DNA of 64,000 bases from Octopus sinensis (lineage: Eukaryota), in the NCBI RefSeq assembly GCF_006345805.1, contig NC_043011.1, forward strand, positions 21,092,464-21,156,463, written 5' to 3'. The number at the start of each line of letters is the position of its first letter. The first letter of the stretch is position 1. A program made the position numbers and the translations under genes. Shown here piece by piece: positions 1-12,760 of the stretch. A model generated the notes under the pieces. It made no database searches, had not been told where the DNA came from, and saw only the letters and a program-made list of their open reading frames with translations.

Positions 1-186
1 GTTTCTTTCAATTACTTTAAATATAACAAAGAATTTAGTAAAATAACTTAGTTATCATTAAGCTAGTGTTAGGAACATAAATTGTGACTAAGGTTTGGTG
101 GAAGATTTTAATTCAAAACTTATGAAAACAAGACATTTGTACTCAGAGCCAGAGCCGGTGTCAGCCAGGTTGGTAACAAAGGGTTA
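1..186. mobile_element. Right end of a TTAA-target (piggyBac-like) MITE
   Basis: Ends in ...ggtaacaaagggTTAA, i.e. a CCCT-type terminus plus TTAA; the left end lies outside the window. Confidence 0.45.
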
Positions 187-764
187 ATGTTCTTTCAAAC
201 TACTGTAACAGAAGCCTAGAGGAGGAGTAAGAGGAGAAGCTGCTTTGTGGTAATGTTTTATCATGGGTGGTATTGCGTTTCGTTTGTCTTGAATGGCCAA
301 GACAAGAAAAAGGGGAGGATATTGAATAACAAAATTAGTCATATGTGTCATGTGGGTGGGCAAACATCAAGACAAAAGACTTTACAGGACTTACATTTTT
401 GTGGGTATACAGAACAGTATGCCTGTCTATGTTTATCTGTCCTCGATTGCTTAAGGACTGGAGGGTGGGTAGGAGAAGGGTGTAGCTTTTTGACAAAAAT
501 AAATAGAGAACCCCCTTATTACAGAAATACGATGCAATGATAATGTCTAATTGGGTTGTATTTAAATTATAGTAATGTGAGTTGAATCTAAGATAGAGGA
601 AGGCTGACCATGATAAAAGAAAAATAGATTTAATATAATACCTTGCAACATCCTGAAGCTTCTCAAATTCTGAAGAAAACTGATTGTTGATAAATGGTTA
701 AAAAAACGAAGTAGTTAAAATTTATGAAGATATTCCAGTTGCTTTATGGCTGGTGGAATGAAAT

Positions 765-879
<115 letters not shown>

Positions 880-1258
880 GGCGCAGGAGTGGCTGTGTGG
901 TAAGTAGCCTGCTTACCAACCACACGGTTCTGGGTTCAGTCCCACTGCGTGGCACCTTGGGAAAGTGTCTTCTACTATAGCCTCGGGCCGACCAAAGCCT
1001 TGTGAGTGGATTTGGTAGACGGAAACTGAAAGAAGCCTGTCGTATATATATATATGTGTGTGTCTGTGTTTGTCCCCCCAACATCGCTTGACAACCGATG
1101 CTGGTATGTTTACGTCCCCGTTACTTAGCGGTTCGGTAAAAGAGACCGATAGAATAAGTACTAGGCTTACAAAGAATAAGACCTGGGGTCGAGTTGCTCG
1201 ACTAAAAGGCGGTGCTCCAGCATGGCCACAGTCAAGTGACTGAAACAAGTAAAAAAGA
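880..1258 (+). mobile_element. tRNA-derived SINE family A (CORE-like centre), full length
   Basis: tRNA-like head (gtggctgtgtggtaag...ggttcagtccc), ccttgggaaagtgtctt core, internal TA/TG tract, tail ending gaaacaagtaaaaaagaat; many homologues in the window. Confidence 0.85.
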
Positions 1259-1286
1259 ATATATATATATATATATATATATGCGC

Positions 1287-1563
1287 GGAGGCGCAATGGC
1301 CCAGTGGTTAGGGCAGTTTCGATTCCCAGAGCGGGCGTTATGAGTGTTTATTGAGCGAAAACACCTAAAGCTCCACGAAGCTCCGGCAGGGAGTGGTGGC
1401 GATCACTGCTGTACTCTTTCGCCACAACTTTCTCTCACTCTTTCTTCTGTTGGCCTGCTCGCTTAGCCAGCGGAGTGGCATTATTTGATCGCTAAAACAA
1501 TGCGAAGCGCATTGTGACCAGCGATGTGTAGCAACATCTGATAGCTCAGTCGGTCACGGTGAT
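1287..1563 (+). mobile_element. tRNA-derived SINE family C (internally deleted head)
   Basis: ggaggcgcaatggcccagtggttagggcag head; body shared with 30113, 33764 and 40874 copies. Confidence 0.85.
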
Positions 1564-1679
1564 ATATATATATTTAAATTGCTCATATGAATATAATACT
1601 TCATTCTACATTTTTTTTTACTATATGTATATATAGTAAAAAATATACATTTATATATATACATTTATATGTATATATT

Positions 1680-2045
1680 TTACTTGCATCTGTCATTAGA
1701 TTGCGGCTATGCTGGGGCACTGCCTTGAAGAATTTTCAGTCGAATGAATCGACTCAAGTGCTTTTTATAATGCCTGATACTTATACTTATTCTATCGGTC
1801 TCTTTTGCCGAAATACTAAATTACAGGAACGTAAATACACCAACAACGGTTGTCAGGCAGTAGTGGGTAACAAACGCAAACAAACACACATACGACGGGC
1901 TTCTTTCGGTTTCCGTCTACCAAACCCACCCACTAGGCTTTGGTCGGCCCGAGGCCATAGTAGAAGACACCGAAGGTGCAACGTAGTGAGACTGAACCCG
2001 GAATCATGTGGTTAGGAAGCAAGCTTCGTACCACATAACCACGCA
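1680..2045 (-). mobile_element. SINE family A, diverged
   Basis: Reverse-complement homology to 880-1258. Confidence 0.75.
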
Positions 2046-2149
2046 TGTACACGCAAAGATATCTATGCAAAGCTCCTGATTAGTTATGCTTAAATATTCC
2101 TCTCCTACTCTATCTCTTACTACTTGCTTACCTACTAAATACTCTAGAT

Positions 2150-2720
2150 TCGATCTGGATGACTCGATGCGGTTACTCCAGGTCCACAGTGTTACGTTCA
2201 CGAAATCCACTAGGTACCTGTCAGGCAGTTGGAAACTTTTGAGCAGGCTTATAAAGTTATTACACCCCCGTCTACCAGCTTACTCCACTAGCATTAAAGA
2301 ACAGAATGTTCTCAAGAAAATATCCAGATGTCGGAAAAAATCCAGCGTCCCGCTCTTGTCGAGGTATAGATGACCACTTGTCTGAAAGGATTTCCTTTCA
2401 CTGTTGTACATATTCAGAACAACCGACTTAACATTCGGGTCCAGGAAATCACCCGAAATCAGTAGGTTACCCTAGGCTGTGCGGATTTATACTTTCTGCT
2501 TCGAGTAAAGGCCATGTTGGTCAGAAAAAGTAGAGCCAGAATGGTCACTCACCTTGACTTTAGAGAAGGTCAGTCAGTTCGGTTTTTTCGACAGGCCTAA
2601 GAGTCTCTTGTCATCCTCTCACCGAAGCTTCCAACATCACCAGTGAATTTAATCTTTATGCTTCTGTAAGTGTCCTCTATTAATTTTTTCTTAGGAGATT
2701 TTGTGTTGGTGTCTGTGCTA
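2150..2720 (-). pseudogene. Highly decayed reverse-transcriptase fragment, possibly Penelope-like
   Basis: Minus-strand peptides such as ISGDFLDPNVKSVV and GYFLENILFFN only loosely resemble PLE RT; many stops. Confidence 0.3.
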
Positions 2721-2898
2721 TTTTGTTGACCCCCGTCATCTCTTTGTATTTTGTTTTTCAAATAAACTGTTTCGTGAACTCGGTTATTAAACTGTGAACA
2801 ACAGTTGAGGTTAGTGGCTGTGGTTTTGTGTACGTTTGGTCGCTGTTGTTATTCATTTGCTTTGTTTTTTATTTTACCTATTGTTGATATGACTGCAC

Positions 2899-2930
<32 letters not shown>

Positions 2931-2934
<4 letters not shown>

Positions 2935-3087
2935 CGCCGAGGATGATTTTGCCTTTCATCCTTCCGGGGTCGATTAAATAAGTACTAGTTACGCACTGGG
3001 ATCGATGTACTCGACTTAATCCCTTCCCCCAAATTTGAGGTCTTGTGCTTCCAGTAGAAAGGATTATTATTATTATTATTATTATTA

Positions 3088-3119
<32 letters not shown>

Positions 3120-3247
3120 CGCCGAGGATGATTTTGCCTTTCATCCTTCCGGGGTCGATTAAATAAGTACTAGTTACGCACTGGGATCGATGTACTCGAC
3201 TTAATCCCTTCCCCCAAATTTGAGGTCTTGTGCTTCCAGTAGAAAGG

Positions 3248-3248
<1 letters not shown>
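2931..3248 (+). repeat. Tandem duplication of a SINE-B fragment between (TTA)n tracts
   Basis: ~2931-3063 and ~3115-3248 appear identical by eye. Confidence 0.9.
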
Positions 3249-3288
<40 letters not shown>

Positions 3289-3296
3289 CATCATCA

Positions 3297-3530
3297 AGGT
3301 TGCGAGCTGGCTGAATCGTTAGCATGCTGGGTAAAATGCCTAGCGGCATTTCGTTCTGAGCTCAAATTCCGCCGAGGTCAACTTTGCCTTTCATACACTC
3401 GGGGGTCAATAAAATAAGTATCAGTTGAGTATTGGGGTGGATGTAAATGAGTACTAGGTGAACACTAGGGTTGATGTAATCGACTTACTCCCTCCCGAAA
3501 TTGCTGGCCTTGTGCCAACATTTGATATCG
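3297..3530 (+). mobile_element. tRNA-derived SINE family B (Deu/Nin-like central domain), diverged
   Basis: gagctggc...ttctgagctcaaattccgccgaggtcaactttgcctttcat motif. Confidence 0.8.
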
Positions 3531-4319
3531 ATATTACACACCCTTTTTTTTATTGATTAGACAAGAGAAGACAGTGGTGTCTATGACCTTTTTCAGAGAC
3601 CAAAGATTTGGCTGGAATGCTTGCAACAGAGTGGAATTTGTGTGTGGTAGTCCGGGGTTGGGTAGTGAGTTAAACCAAATTATGTCAACTTCCCATGTAG
3701 GCCTCTTTGGAAGGAAGGAAAACAAATTTGAACTTGGCGAGATTTCAACTCAGAACATAGATAACCGCAAGGGATTAAATCCAACGCCCAAACAACCGTT
3801 TCGATTCACCGCCTATATTTTAAAGCTAGCTTCTCGAAATTCTTTGGTTTTGCAGATAGCGCAGTAAAGTCCATTCCCACACCATTTATGTAGCTGATAT
3901 TTTTTTTAGTCGGCAACTATATATTTTTATACAGTCTCAGCGTTTCTACCATCAGCAAATGTGATGTAAAATAATTTTCTCCAAACATTTAAGTAGTTTC
4001 CAAGCTAAGTTCTGATATGTGTTGGGGTTTTCTTTATCAAAATCTTTGTAAACAAATATTTTGCGTTCTGGCTAATCGTTTAAGAGAACTCTGTGGGCAG
4101 AGTTTTCTCAAATATCTTCAGACCTGTGAATTTATTTTCATTAAAATTTGATCCAGAGACTGCCAGATTGACGTTAGGAAGAAGGCCTGGAGAAAATGTT
4201 AAAGATGCCAGACTGAAATCTAAACACCACGACAGAAATGTAAAACTCACTCTAGAGAAATATATAAGGTTAATACAACAGATAAAAATGAATGTATTTT
4301 AATACTGGAGACCGGTAGA

Positions 4320-4516
4320 TAGATAATGGTCTTAAATTTTAGCATAAGGCCAACGGGTTTAGAGGAAGAGGTAAGTTGATAACATCGGCCACAGTGCTCA
4401 ACTGGTAATTATTCTGTGAACCTCGGCGGAATTTGAACTCAGAACGTAAAGCCAGACGGAAATATCGTTCAGTATTTTGCCCGGCGTGCTAACGATTCTT
4501 CCAGCTCGCCGCCTAA
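4320..4516 (-). mobile_element. SINE family B, diverged
   Basis: cctcggcggaatttgaactcagaacgt...ccagctcgccgcc. Confidence 0.8.
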
Positions 4517-4524
4517 ACGTATTC

Positions 4525-4926
4525 TCTTTTACTCTTTTACTTGTTTCAGTCATTTGACTGCGGCCATGCTGGAGCACCGCCTTTAATCGAGCAACTCGAC
4601 CCCGGGACTTATTCTTTTGTAAGCCCAGTACTTATTCTATCGGTCTCGTTTGCCGAACCGCTAAGTAACGGTTGTCAAGCAATGCTAGGGGACAAACACA
4701 GACACACAAACACACACACACGCATATATATATATATATATATAATATATATATATATACATATATACGACGGGCTTCTTTCAGTTTCCGTCTACCAAAT
4801 CCACTCACAAGGCTTTGGTCGGCCCGAGGCTATAGCAGAAGACACTTGCCCAAGGTGCCACGCAGTGGGACTGAACCCGGAACCATGTGGTTGGTAGACA
4901 AGCTACTTACCACACAGCCACTCCTA
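4525..4926 (-). mobile_element. SINE family A, full length
   Basis: Reverse complement of 880-1258. Confidence 0.85.
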
Positions 4927-5639
4927 TAGATATTATCTTTTGACTATATCCTGTAGGTACTTTAAAGCTATAGCTTAACTCTTTCATTCATTTATTCATT
5001 CAGGGTTCTACATTTTTACTACAAATTCAAATACTTTATATACTTAATTACTGGGACAAAATAAATTCATCTGTTGGAACAACATCAGGTTTTAAATGAC
5101 AGCTAAAACTAACTCGGACCACAATACAAACAATCACACTGACTGATTAATACTGAAGTTTTGTTATTTCTACCTGAATCCATATCTTTTCCTTTAAACA
5201 CCATTCCGATATCTCTGTTTTACAAATAGCGACTTTTTCTCATAAATTTTCTTCTTCATGATTCATTAAAAACAACATACCTCTGAAACGGCACCCTAAT
5301 CTGCATTTTTTCTATTTTCGCAAGTATCTCCATTTTTTTTAAACTTCATCTTATTCTTGTAGATTTTTCCTAATCCTTGCGAACCTAAAAATAATAGGTT
5401 ACAAATATCTCCACTTAAATTAAATATCGTATTTTCTCAGGTACAATGCAATCTTGAATCTAATGTAGCATCCAACTTTTTTTTAACTCGCTGAAAACCA
5501 TAACGTAATTTACCCTCTCATATATTTTATGGTTGTATATTTAAATTTTGACTAAATTTTATACACTGTAAGTTATACATCTCTTTTTCACGAGGTTTTT
5601 TTTTTCACTACTAGTATAGGTCAACAAAATAACTCATAC

Positions 5640-5950
5640 GAGATGTTTACCTTTTGACCGACAGATTTAAAAAATGATTTGTTGTAACTAAACACTTTCA
5701 AACTTCGGAAGTTCTTGTTGACAAACAACAGCAGTAATTTTATTCAGCTGAATACACGTCATTGATTGGTTGAAATTACCGAAATACTACAACTTTAACG
5801 TGAAATAACTTCCTAAATATAAGCTTTTCTCAAAAACGCTAAGAGTAAAAGATGTTTTATATGACACACTCTACCAGTGTCCGAAGTTTGAAAGTGTTTA
5901 GTTACAAAAAAATATTTTAAAAATTTGTCAGACAAAATGTAAAGATCCCA
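5640..5950. mobile_element. MITE with ~65-bp imperfect TIRs
   Basis: ttgtaactaaacactttcaaacttcgga at left is the reverse complement of tccgaagtttgaaagtgtttagttacaa at right; related pieces at ~13040-13140 and ~32960-33010. Confidence 0.75.
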
Positions 5951-5999
5951 TCATACGGTTTAAACTGTAATCTTAAATTAAGTAATTGCTTTTAAGCAG

Positions 6000-6202
6000 T
6001 ACCGTATTTTCTGATATACAAGTCGACGTAGTATATAATGCAAACATGTATAAATATTCAAATATCGTCACCATCATTCCAAATCTTGTTTCACATGTAT
6101 CTTTTGGTCGTCCAAAGTCGTGTTTGCCTATAAAGTCGACCTATCATTTTTAACTATAAATTTTCGTTTGAAAAATTCGACTTGTGTGACGGAAAATAAG
6201 TA
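6000..6202. mobile_element. Pogo/Tigger-like MITE remnant
   Basis: taccgtattttc...aagtcgac and tcgacttgtgtgacggaaaata imperfect TIRs. Confidence 0.55.
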
Positions 6203-6967
6203 GGTATGTGTATAACTGCGCACCTCAGGCGTACTAGCAGTACTACCACTTACTATTAAATGCATTTGCAACGTATGGTAAGTTTAATATACGTAGGCAA
6301 TGAAACCTATACATTAATCGTTAGACATCTGAGAGTCACCGAACGTGGCAGTTCCAGGTTCATCTCCAGTTTTAATTCTGATATTTTATATTAAATCATC
6401 TGCATTATATATATAAATATATATGAATAAAATGTTATTTTATTAACTCTGTTATATATTTTTAAAAATGTACTTCAGAAATATTTCATTAACTCTGCTC
6501 TTCATGAATACGAAAGTCTGAATTGACCTTTCCTATAAAAATGAGTATTAAGACGTTAGATATTGAAGTAAAAAAAGAAAGGTCTCCAATCTAAAGAAAC
6601 TGTTGGTGGTTTCTCTTACAATAAACTCTTTCGTACGTAAAGGAAATAGAAATACAAAAGTCTGTTAATCAGAAAAAGTGCTGGTTCTTCTGTTATTGAT
6701 GTTGTTATATTGATCTTTCTTCAGTATAACTAATCAAAATCATTTTTTATGATCAACATTTATTTTTTTTTTTGAATGTTTAAAAATGATTTATGTACTC
6801 AGAGTGAGAAAAATATATTTGATATGTACTTGAAATAAAAAAAGAACCCGTTTTGTATCCGAAATAATTTCTTTCTTTCTTTCTTTCTTTCTTTACATGC
6901 ATACGTACATACATACATACAAACATACATAATACTCTAATACTTAAAAAAAGAGAAAAACGAACAT

Positions 6968-7148
6968 ACATTTTTTTCCTCCGTCTTCCCTTCTTTGGAT
7001 CTTTCCTTTTCCTATGTTTCTGACGAAGAGCTCCGCTCGAAACGTTAAACCTTCCTTCTTTCCTGAGCGTCCAATAATACTATACTTGTTCCACGTCCTC
7101 GCGTTGTTGTGTTTTCTCTTTGTGTTTTCATGTTTGGATTAACTTAAC
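6968..7148 (+). mobile_element. Short non-autonomous PLE-type (pseudo-LTR-like) repeat carrying a hammerhead motif
   Basis: Homologous copy at ~11435-11620 (minus) and remnant at ~24460-24555; flanked by CATA/TA repeats. Confidence 0.65.
7016..7050 (+). ncRNA. Minimal type I hammerhead ribozyme (intact core)
   Basis: GUUU-CUGACGA-A-GAGC-ucc-GCUC-GAAA-C-GUU/AAAC; stem I GUUU/AAAC; palindromic stem III ACGU. Confidence 0.7.
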
Positions 7149-7174
7149 ATACATCTATACATACACACATATTG

Positions 7175-7220
<46 letters not shown>

Positions 7221-7689
7221 TATGTATACTTGTTTAAGCCCTTCGCTCCCTGTAGAGTCACCGTTGACTTTTCTCAACTGTTGTTGACTCTGGGCAGAAC
7301 TACGGCCCCCTTTTCTAGTTTTGTGCTTCCCTTAAAGAAAAACCTTCCTTTCCCGGGTTTATTGCTTTTGAATTATCGTTGATGCTTCTGTAACTTTGTT
7401 TTTGCTAGGTGGAGATATTGACCCCCTATTCCTTTATTCTTTTGCTTGTTTCAGTTGCTTGACTGTGGCCATGCTGGTGTACCGCCTTGAAGAGTTTTTA
7501 GTCAAACAAATCGACCCCAGGACTATTTTTTAAAGCCTAGTTCGTATTCTATCGGACTCTTTTGCCAAACCGCTGCTAATTTACGGAGACGTAAACACAC
7601 TAACACCGGTTGTCAAGTGGTGATGGGGGACAGAAAACGACACACGTGTATACCAATTTTTTTTTCTCTGGGAAGACGTGGTCCATATT

Positions 7690-8183
7690 ATTCTGGACTC
7701 TAACCTTTGACCTATAAGGAGCTTGCGCTCCGCTGCTATAGCTCTCAGGGTACTGAGGTACTTCACCCACCAACAAGGACTGGACTTTGTGGTGTCTGTC
7801 TGTCTGTCTGTCTGTATGTATGTGTGTATTATGTAAGTATGTATGCATGTGTGTATTCCACAGAATATAAAGAAATTCACGAACGAAGGAATGCCGTGCA
7901 AACAGCTTAGAAAATCGGGTAAAACCCTTTAGAAGACAGAAAAAGTGGCCAGCAAGTCTCCACAAGGATTCGAACCCAACACCTCTCAATTCCGGCTGAG
8001 CGCTCTGTACCATTATGTATGAATGTATGTATGTATGTATGCATGCATGTATGTATGTATGCATGCATGCATGTATGTATGTATGTATGTATGTATGTAT
8101 GTCTGTATGTATGTATGTATGTGTGCATGTGTGCATGTGTGCATGTGTGCATGTATGCATGTATGTATGTATGTATGTATGTA

Positions 8184-8219
<36 letters not shown>

Positions 8220-8350
8220 TGTATGTATGTATGTATGTATGTATGTATGTGAGGTTGCTCTTAGTGCTACTGGCAACTTGTAAACGAGTACAGTCTGTCA
8301 CATGATCGGCCGTCAGTGACTAATTCGGCAACCCAACCAAGCCTGCTTAG
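7690..8350 (-). repeat. Composite repeat with a tRNA-like pol III head embedded in (CATA)n
   Basis: Minus strand atggtacagagcgct...ggttcgaatcc (A- and B-box-like) at ~7955-8015; no cloverleaf. Confidence 0.4.
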
Positions 8351-8499
8351 TAAGAAGGGTGCGTTTTGTTGGACATCCTACAAGGCGACGAAAAAAACCT
8401 GGTCAAAGAATGGAGGAACTCAGTAGACCGGACGATCACGAGATAACACAGCACAAAGGATATGAAAAATATACGAAAAATTATTTTTTTTAATCTTTT

Positions 8500-8840
8500 A
8501 CTTGTTTCAGTCATTAGACTGCGGCCATGTTGGGGCACCGCCTTGAAGAATTTTTATACGAATGAATCGACCCCAATACTTTTTTTTAAAGACTGGTACT
8601 TATTTTATCGGACTCTTTTGCTGAGCTGCAAAGTTACGCGGACGTAGACTCACCAACACCGGTTGTCAAACGGCAGTGGACACACGGGCTTCTTTAAGTT
8701 TCCGTCTACCAAATCCTCACCCAAGGCTTTGGTCGGCTCGAGCCTGTAGTAGAAGAAACTTACCCAAGGTGCCACGCAATGGGACTGAACCTGGAATCAT
8801 ATGATTGGGAAGCAAGCTTCTTACCACACAGCCACGCCTA
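8500..8840 (-). mobile_element. SINE family A, diverged
   Basis: Homology to 4525-4926. Confidence 0.8.
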
Positions 8841-9044
8841 CGTGTAGGTGATAAATATTTAAATCTATCGTCCTAACACACAGAACACAGAAAATTTGTT
8901 AACGTTTTCAGTTGATATATACAGAAGCGGATCAGAGTATAAAAGCTTAAAAGTTCATTGAGCAGAAAATGAAATTCTATGATTGGAGTCAAATGGAGCA
9001 AACAAGCAAGGGACTGTCGTGCATCGAGCGTGTGTACCCTAGGA

Positions 9045-9744
9045 CAGCGGTTCCTAAACGTTTAGCAACACAGACCAGTTTCATGCAGGGCAATTTTATT
9101 ACGGACCGTTGGATAACGTGCATAACAAAACACGATAAAGTGTATAATATATAATCTAATTATTTGATAAGGAAAGGCGGTGAGCTGGCAGAAACGTTAG
9201 CACGCCGGGCGAAATGCTTAGCAGTATTTCGTCTGCCGCTACGTTCTGAGTTCAAATTCCGCCGTTGTCGACTTTGCCTTTCATCCTTTCGGGGTCGATA
9301 AATTAAGTACCAGTGACGCACTGGGATCGATATAATCGACTTAATCCGTTTGTCTGCCCCTTGTTTGTCCTCTCTGTATTTAGCCCCTTGTGGGTAGTAA
9401 AGAAATAGGTATTTCGTCTGTCTTTACGTTCTGAGTTCAAATTCCACTGAGTCGACTTTGCCTTTCATCCTTTTGGGTTCGATAAATTAAGTACCAGTTG
9501 CGTACTGGGATCGATCTAATCGACTTGCCCCCTTCCCCAAAATTTCGGGCCCTGTGCCTAGAGGAGAAAAGAATCTAATTATTTGATATATGATAGTTAT
9601 TTGATATATGAGGTAAAAGTATCCTGCAGAATGCTATGGTTAATAAAATAGAAAGGAAATTTTAAAATTTATTCCTACTATGCAGTCAGATAAAAATGAT
9701 CCACAGCCAGGTGCTGGTTCGCACCCATTGTTTTAGGGCCCCTG
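9045..9744. mobile_element. hAT (Charlie-like) MITE with nested SINEs
   Basis: Termini cagcggttcctaaac... and ...ttttagggcccctg; partly matching 8-bp flanks ccctagga/cattaggg. Confidence 0.6.
9173..9583 (+). mobile_element. Two tandem SINE family B copies (full plus partial)
   Basis: aggcggtgagctggcagaaacgttagc head, tail ggtagtaaagaaata, then a second body. Confidence 0.85.
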
Positions 9745-9889
9745 CATTAGGGGACATGTAAATAGTCTTTTCAGACATTGGTCCTCAAATGAAGAGAGAG
9801 ATTGTAAACTACAAAGAAACATGAAGTAAAGCCAAGTCGAAAAGGATAGGAAACACATGTGAGGAAACGGAAAGGCCTCCCTCTCTTCT

Positions 9890-10060
9890 AGTAAACAGTA
9901 TTAATAGACGACAAAAGTTTACGTACAGTTATAATCAGTGAAGAAGGATTATCAAACATAAAGACCAAAGCAAACGAAAAGGACAGGAAAACACAAGCGT
10001 AGGTTTTCCTTCATCAGCTGTTGATTGGTAGACCCGCAATTTCGGCACTTTAACTACAGG
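9890..10060 (-). repeat. Dispersed repeat, second copy at ~20045-20240 (+)
   Basis: Shared tcaacagctgatgaaggaaaa...ttgtgttttcctgtcc and gataatcctt motifs. Confidence 0.6.
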
Positions 10061-11379
10061 CCCACGCACGCACGTATGCACGTAAGCACGCATGCACGCA
10101 CACACGCACACACGCACACACACACACACACACAACACACACACACACACACACAAACAAAAACAAACACACTCACACGAGAAATTTACAGTTTTAAAAG
10201 AAAAGGTATGCAGGGTAAAAAATCTGATTGCTAGATAATATAAACTTAATGATTCTGTGCCGTTGGATGGGTGTAGACCGAAAAAGATTGCTTTGAAAGC
10301 ACCAAATGGAAGTGAACAGAATTTCCTCTGCTGTGTTCAATGACACATTATTTAGTTGCTGTCATCGTCCCGGAGGCCAGTGATTGATATTCAGTTCGAA
10401 GCCGGATATAATAAAACTCTGATTAATCATGTGGATTAACAGAATTTTATAAATAGTGTGTGCGTGTGTGTGTGTGTGTTTGTGTGCACGTGCGTGTGCA
10501 CACACACACACATCACCACCACCACCACCACCACCACCACCTCCACCTCTTTTATGTATATAATTATATAATGAACAACTTTGCTTTCAAAGATATGAAA
10601 GACATGACTGGCTTTTTCATGTTTCTTTATCAGTCCTTAATGATTTTGTTCTCAGTACATTTACCACAAACAGCACATTATATATATAATATAAAATACG
10701 AAACAAAAATAGATACGAAAATATCTAATGATAAAATTGTCAACGTATTATATAAAATTCTAAAAATTTAGAAGATTAAACATGGAAGCTTTATAAATAG
10801 CAAAATTACAATCCCATAATTAACTCATAGATCCAGCACACGTGAAAGAAATTATGAAAGTAATCTGCAGTTAACTGCTAAACAAAATTTAAATCCAGCG
10901 ATTGGATATACACAAATGTGTGTATGAATACACAATAGCTGGATTTAAATCTGTTATGTGTGTGAGTGAATTGTGTGTGTGTGGGTGAATGTGTGTGTGT
11001 ACGTTATATAAATGACGTGATATTAATTTTCGCTCCATTATCAAGACTGTATTCAGAAAAAGATGGTTTAGAATCGTTAATGAACTTAGAATCGGTACGG
11101 TTTCAAAGCATAAAGGAGATATAAGGAAATATGAAAAAAAAAAACCAAAGAAAAAAGAAAACAAAGAAAAATAGTTAACGCGAACAGAGTTGTGACATTG
11201 ACATAATGCATACGCACACAGATATGTATGTATATATATATATATGTATTAAATGTACATATGTGGGTATGTATGTGTGTTTGTATATATGTGCATATGT
11301 GTTTTATATAAATGCATATATATATATAAACATATACATACAAATATATATATATAAATACAAATATATATATATATAA

Positions 11380-11434
<55 letters not shown>

Positions 11435-11441
<7 letters not shown>

Positions 11442-11620
11442 GTTAATCCAAACAAGAAAGCACAAAAAAAACACAAAAACGCGAGGACGTGGAACAAATA
11501 TAGTATTATTGGACGCTCAGGAAAGAAGGAAAGAAGAAGGGTTTAACGTTTCGAGCGGAGCTCTTCGTCGGAAACATAGGAGAAGGAAAGATCCAGAGAA
11601 GGGAAGACAGAGGAAAAAAA
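11435..11620 (-). mobile_element. Second copy of the HHR-bearing PLE-type repeat, core mutated (CCGACGA)
   Basis: Reverse complement of 6968-7148; HHR at 11541-11575 with U4-to-C change. Confidence 0.65.
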
Positions 11621-11707
11621 TGCTAAACGTTTAGGAACCGCTGTCCTAGGGTACACACGCTCGATGCACGACAGTCCCTTGCTTGTTTGCTCCATTTGAC
11701 ACGAGGT

Positions 11708-12760
11708 CACAGGTCATCTTATAAATTCTAATCCGAATTTTGAATAAAGAAACAAGTGATCAAATGTTATATTTAATTGAAATTTAATCATCAATGTACT
11801 TTCCCTGATTATCTATGAATTCCTTCCATCTATTTACAAGTTTTTTAATCCCATCAATGTAAAACTATTTTCGTTTCAAAGTGAAGAACTCTGAAATGTC
11901 AGTTTCGACCTCCTCCTGGCTTGCGAAAGTTATGTCCCACAAATGATTCTGTAAACTACGAAACAAATGGTAGTCTGAAGGAGCAAGGTCGGGAGAATAA
12001 GGTGGATGAAGAATTTTTTCCCAACCAAGCTCTTCGATCTTCTGTGATGTGATCTTTGCAGTGTGGGGTCGCGCATTGTCCTTATGAAACATCACTCGTT
12101 TTCGACTCACTAAAGAGGGGTCTTTTTTTCTTCAAAGCTTGGTTCAAACACTTTAATTGCTGACAGTATTGATTGTTGCATTAGGTGGTAACAATTCAAA
12201 GTTAATTACTCTTTTGCAATCCCACCAGATAGAGAGAAGAACCTTTTTCCCATGAAGTTCCCTTCTCGGTTGTGGTTGAGCGTTTTCCTTTTTACCAAGC
12301 CACTGTTTACGACGTTTAACATTTCGATAGAAGATCCATTTTTCATCACCAGTCACAAGTCTATCCAAAAAAGGGGAAATGAGTTCGTGAGAATGGAGGG
12401 AAGAGCAGATGTCAACTCGGGATTTGCGGTTGCTTTCGGACAATTCATGAGGCACATATTTTCCAAGTTTAGGAACCTTTCCAAGTTATTGAAGATGATG
12501 ATGAACTGTTGTATGGTTTGAACTAATCTGTATTGCCAATTCTTCGACTGATAATGCAGGATTTTCTTCAAGTAATGCCTCAAAGAGCTTAACATCAAAC
12601 TCAACTGAACGCCCTGTTCGATCTTCATCTTCAAGGCTGAACTCTCCACTTCTGAATTTTGCAAACCATCTTCTGTTAATATAGAAATTGACTATAATGT
12701 TATTTAGCCTCAAATCAACCCTGATACTGAAAACGTATCATCAAAGACATTCCAGCCTTC
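11708..12760 (-). mobile_element. Mariner (DD34D) transposon, 5'-truncated, transposase pseudogene
   Basis: ORFs 12486-12713, 12153-12455 and 11865-12110 give WFAKFRSG, GDEKW, HKDNARPH and PPYSPDLAPSDYHLF motifs with frameshifts. Confidence 0.9.

Noticed and set aside
880-960. tRNA genes at SINE heads (also ~7955-8015)
   Set aside because: A/B boxes are present but there is no full cloverleaf, and they continue into SINE bodies
3553-3867. 104-aa ORF with a plausible acceptor (ttttattgattag)
   Set aside because: No recognisable domain or partner exons; the DSGVY motif in another frame lacks the Ig cysteine and hits a stop
4093-4302. 69-aa ORF as a possible exon
   Set aside because: No recognisable homology and weak splice context
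7600-8305. 233-aa and overlapping ORFs rich in HTYI/MYVC
   Set aside because: Translations of the (CATA)n microsatellite; the same applies to most short ORFs in the track
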